DNA of 64,000 nt from Bacteroidales bacterium. GTDB taxonomy: Bacteria; Bacteroidota; Bacteroidia; Bacteroidales; WCHB1-69. Position 1 is the stretch's first letter. Every line of letters begins with the position of its first letter. Below the pieces are notes generated by a model that had not been told where the DNA came from, made no database searches, and saw only the letters and a program-made list of their open reading frames with translations. Location of the stretch: contig JAFZXM010000043.1 of assembly GCA_017616775.1 (NCBI GenBank), forward strand, positions 32,571-96,570, read 5' to 3'. This document shows positions 47,080 through 56,230 of this stretch, piece by piece. The position numbers were made by a program, and so were the translations under genes.

Positions 47080-48702
47080 ATGTTGAAAAAAATAAGTATT
47101 ACAATCTTAGGTTTGATGCTATTGAGCCCTATATTTTCTCAAGTGGACAAAGCCAAGTATTATATAGAAGGGGAGTATAGGGTGGATGTAAAAGACGGCA
47201 AGTTTGTGTACAAACTTTATGATATCACTTCCAATAGAATCTATTTCACCCCGTCGGATACGATTATCGGAACCGATACACCGGAAGGCTTTCAAAGTTT
47301 TGTGTTTAAAAAAGCCCGCACAGATTATCCCGGTGGATTTGAAGAAGGTTTAAAGTTTTGGCGTTGGCAAAAAGACACCAAAACATGGCAGATAGACAGT
47401 GAGGTGAAAAATGCTACGGCAGCCTATGCCATGAATAAGATGATGACGGTGATGCTGATATTGGATTGCAGCAAATCGATAGGTGACGATGATTTCACCA
47501 AACTCAAACGCAGCGCCGTTCAATTTATAGAAACCATATACAGCCGGTCGTCCAACGGGAATGTAAGCATAGGCATAGTGGGCTTCAATTCCATGAACAA
47601 CACCGATGCCATGGTATATCCTATCCGTCCTTTGGATACTGCGGGACGCAAAGAAATGGAGCAATTTATCTATCAATTGGAACTCGGCTCCAATACCGCC
47701 TTGTATTATGCCATGCATAAAGGCGTGCAAATGATGCAGAATTATGTTAACAACATCCGTTGGAATGAAAACATGGAATATGACGGGTCTTATTTGGTAT
47801 CGTTTACCGACGGTTACGACAACGCCTCGGTAGATCCTCAAATAGGTGTGCCCGATGAAGGTTTGGATAATCCTTATTATAAATATGTAAAAGATAATTT
47901 GCTTGCCAAAACCATAGGGGACAAGCCTATAGACAGCTATATCATAGCAGTGAAAGGTAACGATGTGAACAATAACCAAACTTTTGAAGCTGTGCTTAAA
48001 GGCATCAGTTCTGCTCCGTTAAAAGACCATTTTTATTTGGTGGATAATTTTAGCGCCTTAAACAATCAATTTGAAAATATAGCAAAAAGTTTGATCAACC
48101 GTTGGCAGGATTTGAATTGTTTTGTTCCGCCAAGTTTCAGGGGCAAGGTAAGATGGACACTCGGCAATGAGCAAGAAAGTGCGGTAAGCAAGCAGCCTGT
48201 ATCGAACGAGCCTGCAGAAAAACAACGGGAAAAAAATACTTCCGGTTTGTTGATGGGTGTCAATATAGGCTTTGGAGGTATGTTCGGTGCCACCGTTATG
48301 GATACCGCTTCTTCGTATTATCCCGGCAAACGCTCCGGTTTCAATATATCCATAGGTTTTGATATAGCCGCCAAGGTGAAAGAAAATTTTGCCATAGGAG
48401 GTTTTGTTGCTTATGAAGGTGCTATAGCCAAGCCCAAGCACATGCATAGCTTTTCTATAGGGCCGTTATGTCAAATAGGACGGGAAGACAGGGTGGTTTC
48501 CGGTATAGCAGCCATAGGAGTGAATTTAAAAGGTAAAAGTTCCGGCATGTATAAATTTTCCACCGCTTTCATTATGCGTGGCGGCGTTAAGTTTAACAAA
48601 CCGTCGGTGTATTTGTTTGCAGAAATCGGTTTTGGCGGTCATTCCATTATAACGGCTAATGTCGGTTATGAATTCGGGCACTTGATTAAGAAAAAACAAT
48701 AA
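47080..48702 (+). CDS. von Willebrand factor A domain protein with C-terminal Gly-rich beta-barrel-like region
   Basis: Signal peptide. MIDAS elements DCSKS, GSNTA and FTDGYDN. The C-terminal ~170 aa have alternating Gly and hydrophobic residues (GVNIGFGGMFG, ISIGFDIAAKV, FAEIGFGGHS). Confidence 0.75.
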   Translation: MLKKISITILGLMLLSPIFSQVDKAKYYIEGEYRVDVKDGKFVYKLYDITSNRIYFTPSDTIIGTDTPEGFQSFVFKKARTDYPGGFEEGLKFWRWQKDTKTWQIDSEVKNATAAYAMNKMMTVMLILDCSKSIGDDDFTKLKRSAVQFIETIYSRSSNGNVSIGIVGFNSMNNTDAMVYPIRPLDTAGRKEMEQFIYQLELGSNTALYYAMHKGVQMMQNYVNNIRWNENMEYDGSYLVSFTDGYDNASVDPQIGVPDEGLDNPYYKYVKDNLLAKTIGDKPIDSYIIAVKGNDVNNNQTFEAVLKGISSAPLKDHFYLVDNFSALNNQFENIAKSLINRWQDLNCFVPPSFRGKVRWTLGNEQESAVSKQPVSNEPAEKQREKNTSGLLMGVNIGFGGMFGATVMDTASSYYPGKRSGFNISIGFDIAAKVKENFAIGGFVAYEGAIAKPKHMHSFSIGPLCQIGREDRVVSGIAAIGVNLKGKSSGMYKFSTAFIMRGGVKFNKPSVYLFAEIGFGGHSIITANVGYEFGHLIKKKQ

Positions 48703-48758
48703 ATTTTTCCAAACGCTAATGGCATGTCTTCAGCTGTTTTGTCCGGTGGAAAACATGC

Positions 48759-49244
48759 TTGTACCATATGTGGAGTATGCACGGAAAAAAATATCTTTCA
48801 TCCCGCAGGAAACAAAGGCAGCGGCAGTCTTACCGTTGCGTCATGCTGTCACTTACTCCCGTCATGATTTTTATTGTGATCAATTTTTGGATGGATATTT
48901 GGAATATTGATTATACAGATGCATATAGGCAAATGGTGTTCCGCGATGATTGCATGCAACTGGCTCTGCAAATGGAAAATTACCGCACTGCCAAAGGTTT
49001 TCTGCCCGAAAATTTGGAGCAGTTTGGTCCTGTTTATATCGGAGACGATTTTGAAAAGGTGTATTGCTTTGACACATCAGGAGTTTGGCATACTTGGTTT
49101 GAGTATTTCCGGTATGCTGACGGAACTTTTGTATTAATGAATCGTAAATACGGTATCCGATATGTATCCTCTGCAGATTCGTCGGCATTTATATATTACG
49201 ACAAGCAACAGGGAAAAAATATTGTGGAGTTCGTTCGCCGATAA
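48759..49244 (+). CDS. hypothetical protein with one N-terminal TM segment
   Basis: ORF only. A likely later start gives MLSLTPVMIFIVINFW. I recognise no family. Confidence 0.4.
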   Translation: MYHMWSMHGKKYLSSRRKQRQRQSYRCVMLSLTPVMIFIVINFWMDIWNIDYTDAYRQMVFRDDCMQLALQMENYRTAKGFLPENLEQFGPVYIGDDFEKVYCFDTSGVWHTWFEYFRYADGTFVLMNRKYGIRYVSSADSSAFIYYDKQQGKNIVEFVRR

Positions 49245-49255
49245 CAAAAGAAAAT

Positions 49256-49278
49256 GATAGTTGAAAACTGTCTTTTTT
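49256..49278 (+). terminator. rho-independent terminator-like hairpin
   Basis: GATAGTT-gaa-AACTGTC (one G-U pair) followed by TTTTTT, 12 nt after the stop at 49244. Confidence 0.5.
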
Positions 49279-49377
49279 ATGTGCGGAATGCCCTGTTTCC
49301 GGTTTTATTGTGCATTTGGCTTTTTATGGACAATGGTCACCTGTTGTTGCCGATGTGTCACAAAAATGGATGTTTGA

Positions 49378-49728
49378 TTAGCGGTTTGTATCACTTGCTT
49401 GAAAGTTGTTGAAATCTATTTCTGAAATCAAACGTCCCGATGAATCTGTTTGGTAATAACTTATAAAAGGACCTCGGTCTCCACCGGCATTTTCTATTTT
49501 AATTTTAGCATTTTGGGGAAGCACCGGAAGTTTAAGCGCGGCAGGATATGGCGGTGTAAATAATGTATCGGACAAAATTTCGTTTTGAACGGATATTACT
49601 ACATGTTTTAAACTTGCCTTTGCTATCATCTGTTGTCCGTTTGTATCTACATAAAATTCGTTTGATGATGAGCACGCGGCAAGGACGGTTGTCGCGGTGC
49701 AGAATAACAAAAACTTTTTCATTTCCAT
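49378..49728 (-). CDS. small lipoprotein, unknown function
   Basis: Lipobox in MEMKKFLLFCTATTVLAACSSS. Confidence 0.6.
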   Translation of the reverse strand: MEMKKFLLFCTATTVLAACSSSNEFYVDTNGQQMIAKASLKHVVISVQNEILSDTLFTPPYPAALKLPVLPQNAKIKIENAGGDRGPFISYYQTDSSGRLISEIDFNNFQASDTNR

Positions 49729-49738
49729 TGTGGATTAT

Positions 49739-51376
49739 TTAACGGTTATCTGTCACATTCACGTTCTTTATGTTGAAGAATGGCGTTTTGTCATGATCAA
49801 ATACAACAACATAGTAACTATATCCGTTACAATTTGTTGCGGGTTGTTGGAGTGGTATTTTTAACAAAATATCTTCATGGGGACAGTGCAGCCGTTCTTT
49901 GAAAAGATAAAACCATTTTTTCTCTTTTGCTTGGATTTCGCATATCAGATTTTCGTTTTTTTCTTCCGGACAACGAATTATGACAGGTGTTTGATAACGT
50001 CGGTATTCATCAATGAAAACACTTGTCTCGCTTTCAGAAACAGGTAGAGATTGCCAATATTTTTCCTGACAATAATGAGGGTAAATCTTTACGGAGTCAA
50101 GTCCCAATTTATGGGCAAGGCCTTCCCAAGTCCAATTAGGAAAGCTGACGGTGGGCGTCATTCTGTGTTCCGGTTGTGGCAAATCTACGGCAACAATTCC
50201 ATTGGCTGCAGCTATTTCTTGCAATATACGGTCATTTGTTTGACTTGCTTTTTTGGTTTCAGCAATAGCAAAACTTGCATCAACTGCAAAGAGTATGAAA
50301 AAAATTAAACTTGCCCATTTATACGGTGTATAACAGGACGCTTGCAAAAACCAATGTTTTGCAAGTTTTATAAAGAGAATAATGGACATTGTTTCTATAA
50401 AGAACGAAGCACGAATATCGTTCAGATGAAAAATAAAACTGAAAAGAAAAATACTCCATAGAAGAATCAGCAGAAGAAAAACATTGTTCCTAACCCATTC
50501 CACAGCCATGTTTTTATTTTTCCACAAAAATATCAGCCAAGTTCCCACAAGTAGCCATAGTGCTTTATATTTTCTGATTTCTTGGATAGGGTGGTGAAAA
50601 ATATCAATTAAATGATCAAAGAAAGCAAGATAATACGGATGTGTTTCCGCCCTGTTGAAATTTCCGGGTGCCAGCAATAAAAGCAAAGTGCCTATGGCAA
50701 ATCCTAAAATAAGTGGAATTGTATTGTTTTTTATTTTTTTTAAATTAAACAAATAATAAACAAACAATGCCCCGCCAATTGACATGCATGGGATTTCGCT
50801 TTGTGCCGAAAATAAGGAGATAAAAAATAGCCCCGTCTTTTTCCATGGTGAAAAATTTTTGTCTTTATATTGCAAGAAAATGTACAGAAATAAAAAAACA
50901 AGGGTTGATGTCCAAAAATGATTGGTAGCACCACTTACCCAAAATAATGATTCAGAAGGTAAGGGACATAAAAACCAAAATAATAGGGCAAATGGCAATA
51001 GTGTTTTGGAAATTTCACTTTTTTTGTCAGCAATTAAACAACCGGAGATGACAATTAAAGTGCAAAAGAACAATGTGTTGAAAATATCAAACCATAACTT
51101 GTTTTTCAATAGGCATATAAACAGAAAAGAGACAAAATATCCAAAATAACGGCCTCCCCATGTCATATAAAGATTGCCGGCAATCGGAAAAATATCTTTT
51201 AATGAAGATACTTGATAACTCATAGGATACCAGTCATCACTCCAAAAAAATCCACAATAACTAACTATAAAAAATGCAATAACTACAATTCCGCTTGCTA
51301 TTAGGGAAAAAAGTTGAAAAAAAGAGAGTCGTTTCATATCAAACGGGACTTTTATTTTTAACATTTTGTTAGTCAT
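49739..51376 (-). CDS. polytopic membrane protein, GT-C / glycan-polymerase-like (DUF6056-like from memory)
   Basis: More than 10 TM segments, an FWSDDWYPMSY...GGRYFGYF N-terminal region and a soluble C-terminal ~170 aa. The start is uncertain: the tracked ATG at 51430 lies inside the CAAAAGTA -7 box (51428-51435), so I chose the next ATG (MTNKMLK). Confidence 0.6.
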   Translation of the reverse strand: MTNKMLKIKVPFDMKRLSFFQLFSLIASGIVVIAFFIVSYCGFFWSDDWYPMSYQVSSLKDIFPIAGNLYMTWGGRYFGYFVSFLFICLLKNKLWFDIFNTLFFCTLIVISGCLIADKKSEISKTLLPFALLFWFLCPLPSESLFWVSGATNHFWTSTLVFLFLYIFLQYKDKNFSPWKKTGLFFISLFSAQSEIPCMSIGGALFVYYLFNLKKIKNNTIPLILGFAIGTLLLLLAPGNFNRAETHPYYLAFFDHLIDIFHHPIQEIRKYKALWLLVGTWLIFLWKNKNMAVEWVRNNVFLLLILLWSIFLFSFIFHLNDIRASFFIETMSIILFIKLAKHWFLQASCYTPYKWASLIFFILFAVDASFAIAETKKASQTNDRILQEIAAANGIVAVDLPQPEHRMTPTVSFPNWTWEGLAHKLGLDSVKIYPHYCQEKYWQSLPVSESETSVFIDEYRRYQTPVIIRCPEEKNENLICEIQAKEKKWFYLFKERLHCPHEDILLKIPLQQPATNCNGYSYYVVVFDHDKTPFFNIKNVNVTDNR

Positions 51377-51487
51377 GCATTCAAATCTTGCGAAACTTGT
51401 AAAACAAAAACTACAATTTACAATCCGCAAAAGTAATAAAAAAACAGATAACTAGTGGGCGCGCATGAGAAAAATAGTAACGCATTT

Positions 51488-52177
51488 CTACCACAGGGAA
51501 ACAGCAGGATGCGTTGCTTTAATATATTGCCTGTATTTTGACGGCATAAAATTCTTGTCGTTCTTATCTTTGGGCAGATTGATACCACCATTATTCCAAA
51601 TAAGCAACGGCTTGAAAGAAACCCGTTTTTTCTTCTTTTTAAGCACAGGGATGAAAAAAACGTTTTCCGCCCGACAGCGCACCTGCAAGCTGTCACTGAC
51701 CGGCACCCGCCTGTTGCCCTTCTTTAACAAAGGCATCTCCTCCAAAACAGTTCCTTTATGCCCAAAATTAATAACAATACCGTACATTCCGGATTCTTCA
51801 CAGAAGAACGAATGTCCGGATCTCCAAATTATATAGTCATTTGTCATTACATATAATCGTCCCTGACGCAAAAAATCTCTTTAACAATTGGCTTTTGTCG
51901 GACAGTGCCGTTCCATGCGCGCCATACGTTCTATGGTCCGACTGTCAAACTTGGTATTATAGCTATAAAAAGTTATTGAACTCAAATGAGATGCCGAAAT
52001 TATCTTGATCTCATCACCGGAAGGATACAGGTGAAATAATTGAGGCTGTGTTTTTGTTGAGACAAACAAAGTGTCACCACTTTTCCTGATCCGGCAAGTG
52101 TCATGATGCCACGTCCATATATCAACGCCAAGCCCGCTCAAAATAACAGACAGCCCAAGTGTCATTGATGATATCAT
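51488..52177 (-). pseudogene. membrane-anchored hypothetical gene split by one in-frame TAA
   Basis: Tracked ORFs 51881-52177 and 51488-51871 are in the same frame, separated by the TAA at 51881-51883 and 3 sense codons. The second ORF's tracked start is TTG. Confidence 0.35.
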
Positions 52178-52251
52178 GCATTCCCTCTCCTTTATTGCCT
52201 TTCAACAGGCATTAATTCCATTTTCTGCAAGCGTGTTCCGAATAAAAGTGA

Positions 52252-52259
52252 TACTTTTG
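52252..52259 (+). promoter_or_regulatory. -7 promoter box TACTTTTG upstream of the CAT-like gene
   Basis: Matches TAnnTTTG and ends 22 nt upstream of the ATG at 52281. Confidence 0.45.
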
Positions 52260-52280
52260 CATGGTGAAAACAGCAAAGAG

Positions 52281-52904
52281 ATGAAAACCGAAATCAATCC
52301 TCAGGAAACCAAACGGGCGTTCGCCTTTGGAATGTGGATGACCGCCCCCATGCCGATGGTGACGTTGGTGAAGACGATGGATGTGCGTCGCCTGCTGAAA
52401 CATAGCAAAAAGAGCGGCATCAAGTTCAACACGCTGATGTGCTGGTGCATCGGCAAGGCAGCCGTTCAAACGGAGGAGATGTACCTGCTGCCCGAAAACG
52501 GGAAGCTGTACCGTTACGACCAAATGGCTGTCAACGTGGTGGTAAGAAACTGCAAAGGCGGCATCTGCTCCTGCGACATCCCCTTTTCCGACAACCTGCA
52601 GCAGTTCAACCGCGACTATCTGGCACTGACCGCCCAAGCGGCGGAAACATGCCAAAGCAGCTTCCTCGAGGGCTGTATGATTGTCGGCACCTCCGCCATG
52701 ATACAGACGGAGCTGGACTGCATTGTTAACCAATACACCGAAAAGTTCCTCAACCCGATGGTGATGTGGGGCAAGTACCGCAAAGGACTGTTCAAAACCA
52801 CGCTGTCTGTCTCGTTCCAGTTTCACCACGTGCAGATGGACGGCGGCGATGCCGCCCGCTTTCTGGAACGGCTGCAAAGGACAATTCTTACCGCAGGACA
52901 ATAA
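52281..52904 (+). CDS. chloramphenicol acetyltransferase family (type A CAT-like) protein
   Basis: 207 aa from MKTEINPQE. The catalytic-region motif is FQFHHVQMDGGDAARF (the HH..DG pattern of the CAT family). GC content is clearly higher than in the flanks. Confidence 0.85.
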   Translation: MKTEINPQETKRAFAFGMWMTAPMPMVTLVKTMDVRRLLKHSKKSGIKFNTLMCWCIGKAAVQTEEMYLLPENGKLYRYDQMAVNVVVRNCKGGICSCDIPFSDNLQQFNRDYLALTAQAAETCQSSFLEGCMIVGTSAMIQTELDCIVNQYTEKFLNPMVMWGKYRKGLFKTTLSVSFQFHHVQMDGGDAARFLERLQRTILTAGQ

Positions 52905-52949
52905 AATTGAAAAAAAATACGTTTTTCGAATATCTTGATAATCAGAAAC

Positions 52950-53657
52950 ATGAAAAATATAATAATGCTTTTTGCAGTTGTGGCATTACTTGCCTCCAAT
53001 GTAAAACAGGAAACCAAAGAGTCTGATTTTGCTCAAAAGAAAGGTAGCGAATATACCACCATTAAATTGAACGACAGATTCAACAACACTTTGAAAAAGG
53101 GCAATTGGGATAGTATTTATAGATACGATGAAGCAACATTTTCCCCTGTGTATTTGGGAGATGTGAAATCCGAAATAAAACTGATATACAAACCTGAACT
53201 TACAGGGAACAGAATGTATGACTGGGAGTGTGCATGGCGTTGGAAAAGCCCGTCTGACAGCACATTGCTTATAACTATTGATACCAGTAGGGTTATAGGT
53301 TATCCCATGGGTATTTGGGAATATTACAAGAAACCTGAATATCGTCGTAATATAATGTCCTATCCAGTGTTTTTAGAGAATATCTCCGAGGACACGATGT
53401 CGGTTGGCTTTGGTGATGTGCTTGATTTGATGGTTGAAAACAAGGATGAGAACGGACAATGGCAGAAAATGCTAGAACCTTTTATTTATGATTGTGGCAC
53501 GGGTTTGGGATACATCTATCTTGCTCCGCATCAGATTGCCGTTACCGCAATGCCGATTTGTGAGGGCTCATACCGTACTGAAATGCGGATAGTATTCCGT
53601 GTTTCCTCCGATCAGTGCATCTATTCCAATGTTTTTGAGGATTTTTGGAATGAATGA
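52950..53657 (+). CDS. secreted hypothetical protein
   Basis: The ATG at 52950 gives MKNIIMLFAVVALLASN (signal peptide). I recognise no family. Confidence 0.55.
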   Translation: MKNIIMLFAVVALLASNVKQETKESDFAQKKGSEYTTIKLNDRFNNTLKKGNWDSIYRYDEATFSPVYLGDVKSEIKLIYKPELTGNRMYDWECAWRWKSPSDSTLLITIDTSRVIGYPMGIWEYYKKPEYRRNIMSYPVFLENISEDTMSVGFGDVLDLMVENKDENGQWQKMLEPFIYDCGTGLGYIYLAPHQIAVTAMPICEGSYRTEMRIVFRVSSDQCIYSNVFEDFWNE

Positions 53658-53772
53658 AAAGATAACAACGAGGGCAACAAACATGATGCAAACCGCAAGA
53701 CCTTTGTGCATGCAGCATTTGTCTATGGCTGGATTTCGGAAGACGAGATGCTGTAATGTTCTGTATTTTCTT

Positions 53773-54060
53773 TTATTTCGTTCCTCCGCCGAGGGCGATA
53801 TAGAGGGCGATGAGGGCGCGGGAGCCGTTATAGAGGTTGGTGGCCTCGCTGATTTGTGCGGACAGCAGTCCTTCCTGTGCTGACAGCACTTCCAAATAGC
53901 TGGCTTTTCCGTTGTCCATCAGTTCGTGAGTGCCTGTATAGGCATCTTGCAGCACCTCTATCTGACGCTTGTAATATCCGTCTTTTTCACGGGCGGCTTG
54001 GCAGTCGGCCAATGCCTCGTTCACCTGATTGCCGGCGTTGATGACGGTTTGAACACACGC
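53773..54060 (-). pseudogene. C-terminal remnant of a TolC/NodT-family efflux outer-membrane factor
   Basis: ASYLEVLSAQEGLLSAQISEATNLYNGSRALIALYIALGGG is the typical C-terminal end of these ~450-aa proteins, and only about 95 codons of it are present. The stretch is GC-rich, and the homology stops near 54060. Confidence 0.7.
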
Positions 54061-54128
54061 AGAACGATAACAAAGAAGAGCAGGCGAGTGAAGTGGTGTC
54101 TCCAATGATAAGGAAGAGAGCGAAAGAA

Positions 54129-54161
54129 TAAAAAAAAGCACTCCCGAAGGAGTGCTTTTTT
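54129..54161 (-). terminator. bidirectional rho-independent terminator
   Basis: An A-run, then GCACTCC-cgaa-GGAGTGC, then a T-run. It lies 17 nt downstream of the stop of the OmpA-family gene (54178). Confidence 0.7.
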
Positions 54162-54177
54162 ATTTGTAATTCCATTG

Positions 54178-56211
54178 TTACATTTTGGTTACTTTGAATT
54201 CGGTTCTACGATTGAGTTGTCGGCCTTCAGGTGTTTTGTTGGAGGCTATAGGCTTGTCGAATCCGTAACCGGCGGAAGTAAGTCTGGAAGGATCTATACC
54301 TTTTTTAACCAAAGCATCCACTACGGCTTTAGCTCTTCCGAGAGATAGTTTTTTGTTATAAGCAGCACTGCCGACATTGTCGGTGTGACCGGAAATTTCT
54401 ATGCAGAGATTCGGATTTTCAGTCAATAATTTATAAATATTCTCTATCTCTATTAAAGAAGCAGCTCTCAAAGTGGTTTTATTATGGTCAAAGAAGATGT
54501 TCTTTAATACAATGGCTTTATTGACGGCAATACGTTCCATATAGATTACCTGAACTATTTCCTGGTCATCGGCTGTATCGGGTATGTTGAAGTTTTCGGA
54601 GTGGAAAAGGTAACCTGTAGCTTTTACGGCTACTGCGTAATTTTTACCCGAAGGCAGAGAAAGAAGATATTCTCCGCTGATGCTGTCGGAGGTGAAGGTT
54701 GCCAGCAGTTCGTTTTCTTCAACATCGGATAATTCTATGTTGGCATATACGGGTAATTTGGTATCGGCATCCAAAATCACACCTTTAACTATAGTGATTT
54801 TTTCTTTTTCTATGGCCATGGCTTGTGCGCTTTCTTCTTCAAGCAAATCAGAAGGCACTAACCAGTCATTGTCCATATACAAAGCAAAAAGTTTTTGAGG
54901 TCCCAGCAAGGTGATTTTATAAAGGTCTTGTCCGCCGTAGCCTTCAGCTTTATCGGATGCATAATAGGCAAATTTTCCGTCTTGTGTAACCACAAAATAT
55001 ACGTCGTCATCGGGAGTGTTGATGGGGTAACCTATATTTTGGGGAGCTGTCCATTGACCGTTTTCCATTTTTGAGAAGAAAATATCTATGCCGCCCATGG
55101 TTTCATGACCGTTGGAACAGAAATACAATGTGCCGTCAGGATGAGCATATACCGATATTTCATCATCTGCCGTATTGATAACAATGCCTAAGTTTTGTGC
55201 AGTACCCCATTTTCCTTTTGCATCGCGGACACTCATATATATGTCATGATTACCGTATCCGCCTTCTTTTTCGGAGCAAAAATAGAGAGTATCCCCTGTA
55301 ATGGAGTAGGAGGCTGATGTTTCATGGTAACGGGTGTTGATTTTATTGCTCATCTTTTTGGGCTTTTGGAATTTTCCGTTTTTCCATGCGGATTCATACA
55401 AGTCGCCTCCGTTGGTGGGTTGGTACACTATAACATTGTTTCCGTCTTTGGAAATAGCTTGAACGGCCACATGCTTTTTATTGCACAATGCCAATACACG
55501 GACAGGCGCTTCAAAGTCACCTTTGTCATTAATCTGGCTTTTGTACACATTTTCATAATATTTTCCGTCGTCAGCCATTTTGATTTTTTTACCTTCTCTG
55601 CGGGAAGTGAAATATATGGAAGAGTTGTCCATGGTGATAACAGGTCCGTATTCGTCAAAATCACCGTTGACAACATTGCCCAAGTTGTCTATAAAGCAGT
55701 TGTATTCATATCGAATCATATTTTTTCCTCTTTCGCATTCGGCTATGCGTTTGGTCGCCATGTCTTTTTCTTTGGCCGATGTGGCGCTGTTGGCAGCATA
55801 GGCACGGTACAAGGCAATGGCGGAATCGAATTCCATACGGGATTGATAGGCGCCTGCAGTATATAATAATACTTCATAATTGATTTGAGGATTAAGTTTA
55901 TAGGCGGTTTCACCATATCTGTAGGCTTTTTGCGTATTACCGGATTCATAGTAGCATTTGGCTATTTTGTAATTCAATTCGGCGTTGTTGGGGTTGAATT
56001 GTTGTGCTTGCAAATAGTAATTGAGGGCATATGTATATTCTATTCCGCTTAATGCATCGTTGAATATTTTATTGCCGGACTTGATGTTGGAAAGAGCGGT
56101 TTTCAAGCCGTTTTTGTCAGTAGGGAAATTTGCTTGTGTGAATTCCACATTTTGAGCAATAGTACTGATAGTGATTATATTAGCGATTATAATGTATAAT
56201 ATCTTTTTCAT
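54178..56211 (-). CDS. OmpA family protein with N-terminal TPR and TolB-like (PD40) beta-propeller repeats
   Basis: Signal peptide, TPR-like N-terminus and repeated DG..YF.S motifs. The C-terminal OmpA domain has ISGHTDNVGSAAYNKKLSLGRA...NRRTEF. Confidence 0.85.
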   Translation of the reverse strand: MKKILYIIIANIITISTIAQNVEFTQANFPTDKNGLKTALSNIKSGNKIFNDALSGIEYTYALNYYLQAQQFNPNNAELNYKIAKCYYESGNTQKAYRYGETAYKLNPQINYEVLLYTAGAYQSRMEFDSAIALYRAYAANSATSAKEKDMATKRIAECERGKNMIRYEYNCFIDNLGNVVNGDFDEYGPVITMDNSSIYFTSRREGKKIKMADDGKYYENVYKSQINDKGDFEAPVRVLALCNKKHVAVQAISKDGNNVIVYQPTNGGDLYESAWKNGKFQKPKKMSNKINTRYHETSASYSITGDTLYFCSEKEGGYGNHDIYMSVRDAKGKWGTAQNLGIVINTADDEISVYAHPDGTLYFCSNGHETMGGIDIFFSKMENGQWTAPQNIGYPINTPDDDVYFVVTQDGKFAYYASDKAEGYGGQDLYKITLLGPQKLFALYMDNDWLVPSDLLEEESAQAMAIEKEKITIVKGVILDADTKLPVYANIELSDVEENELLATFTSDSISGEYLLSLPSGKNYAVAVKATGYLFHSENFNIPDTADDQEIVQVIYMERIAVNKAIVLKNIFFDHNKTTLRAASLIEIENIYKLLTENPNLCIEISGHTDNVGSAAYNKKLSLGRAKAVVDALVKKGIDPSRLTSAGYGFDKPIASNKTPEGRQLNRRTEFKVTKM

Positions 56212-56230
56212 TGTAGTGTGCTTTTAAGGA

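Noticed and set aside
52212-52901. A 229-aa ORF antisense to the CAT-like gene. Other long antisense ORFs include 25525-26373 in sulP, 15727-16320 in purF, 17133-17660 in pyrG, 47350-47979 in the vWA gene and 20072-20701 in recR.
   Set aside because: Each lies entirely inside a gene with clear conserved motifs on the opposite strand. Their translations are low-complexity or unrecognisable. Open antisense frames are expected, especially in the GC-rich CAT segment.
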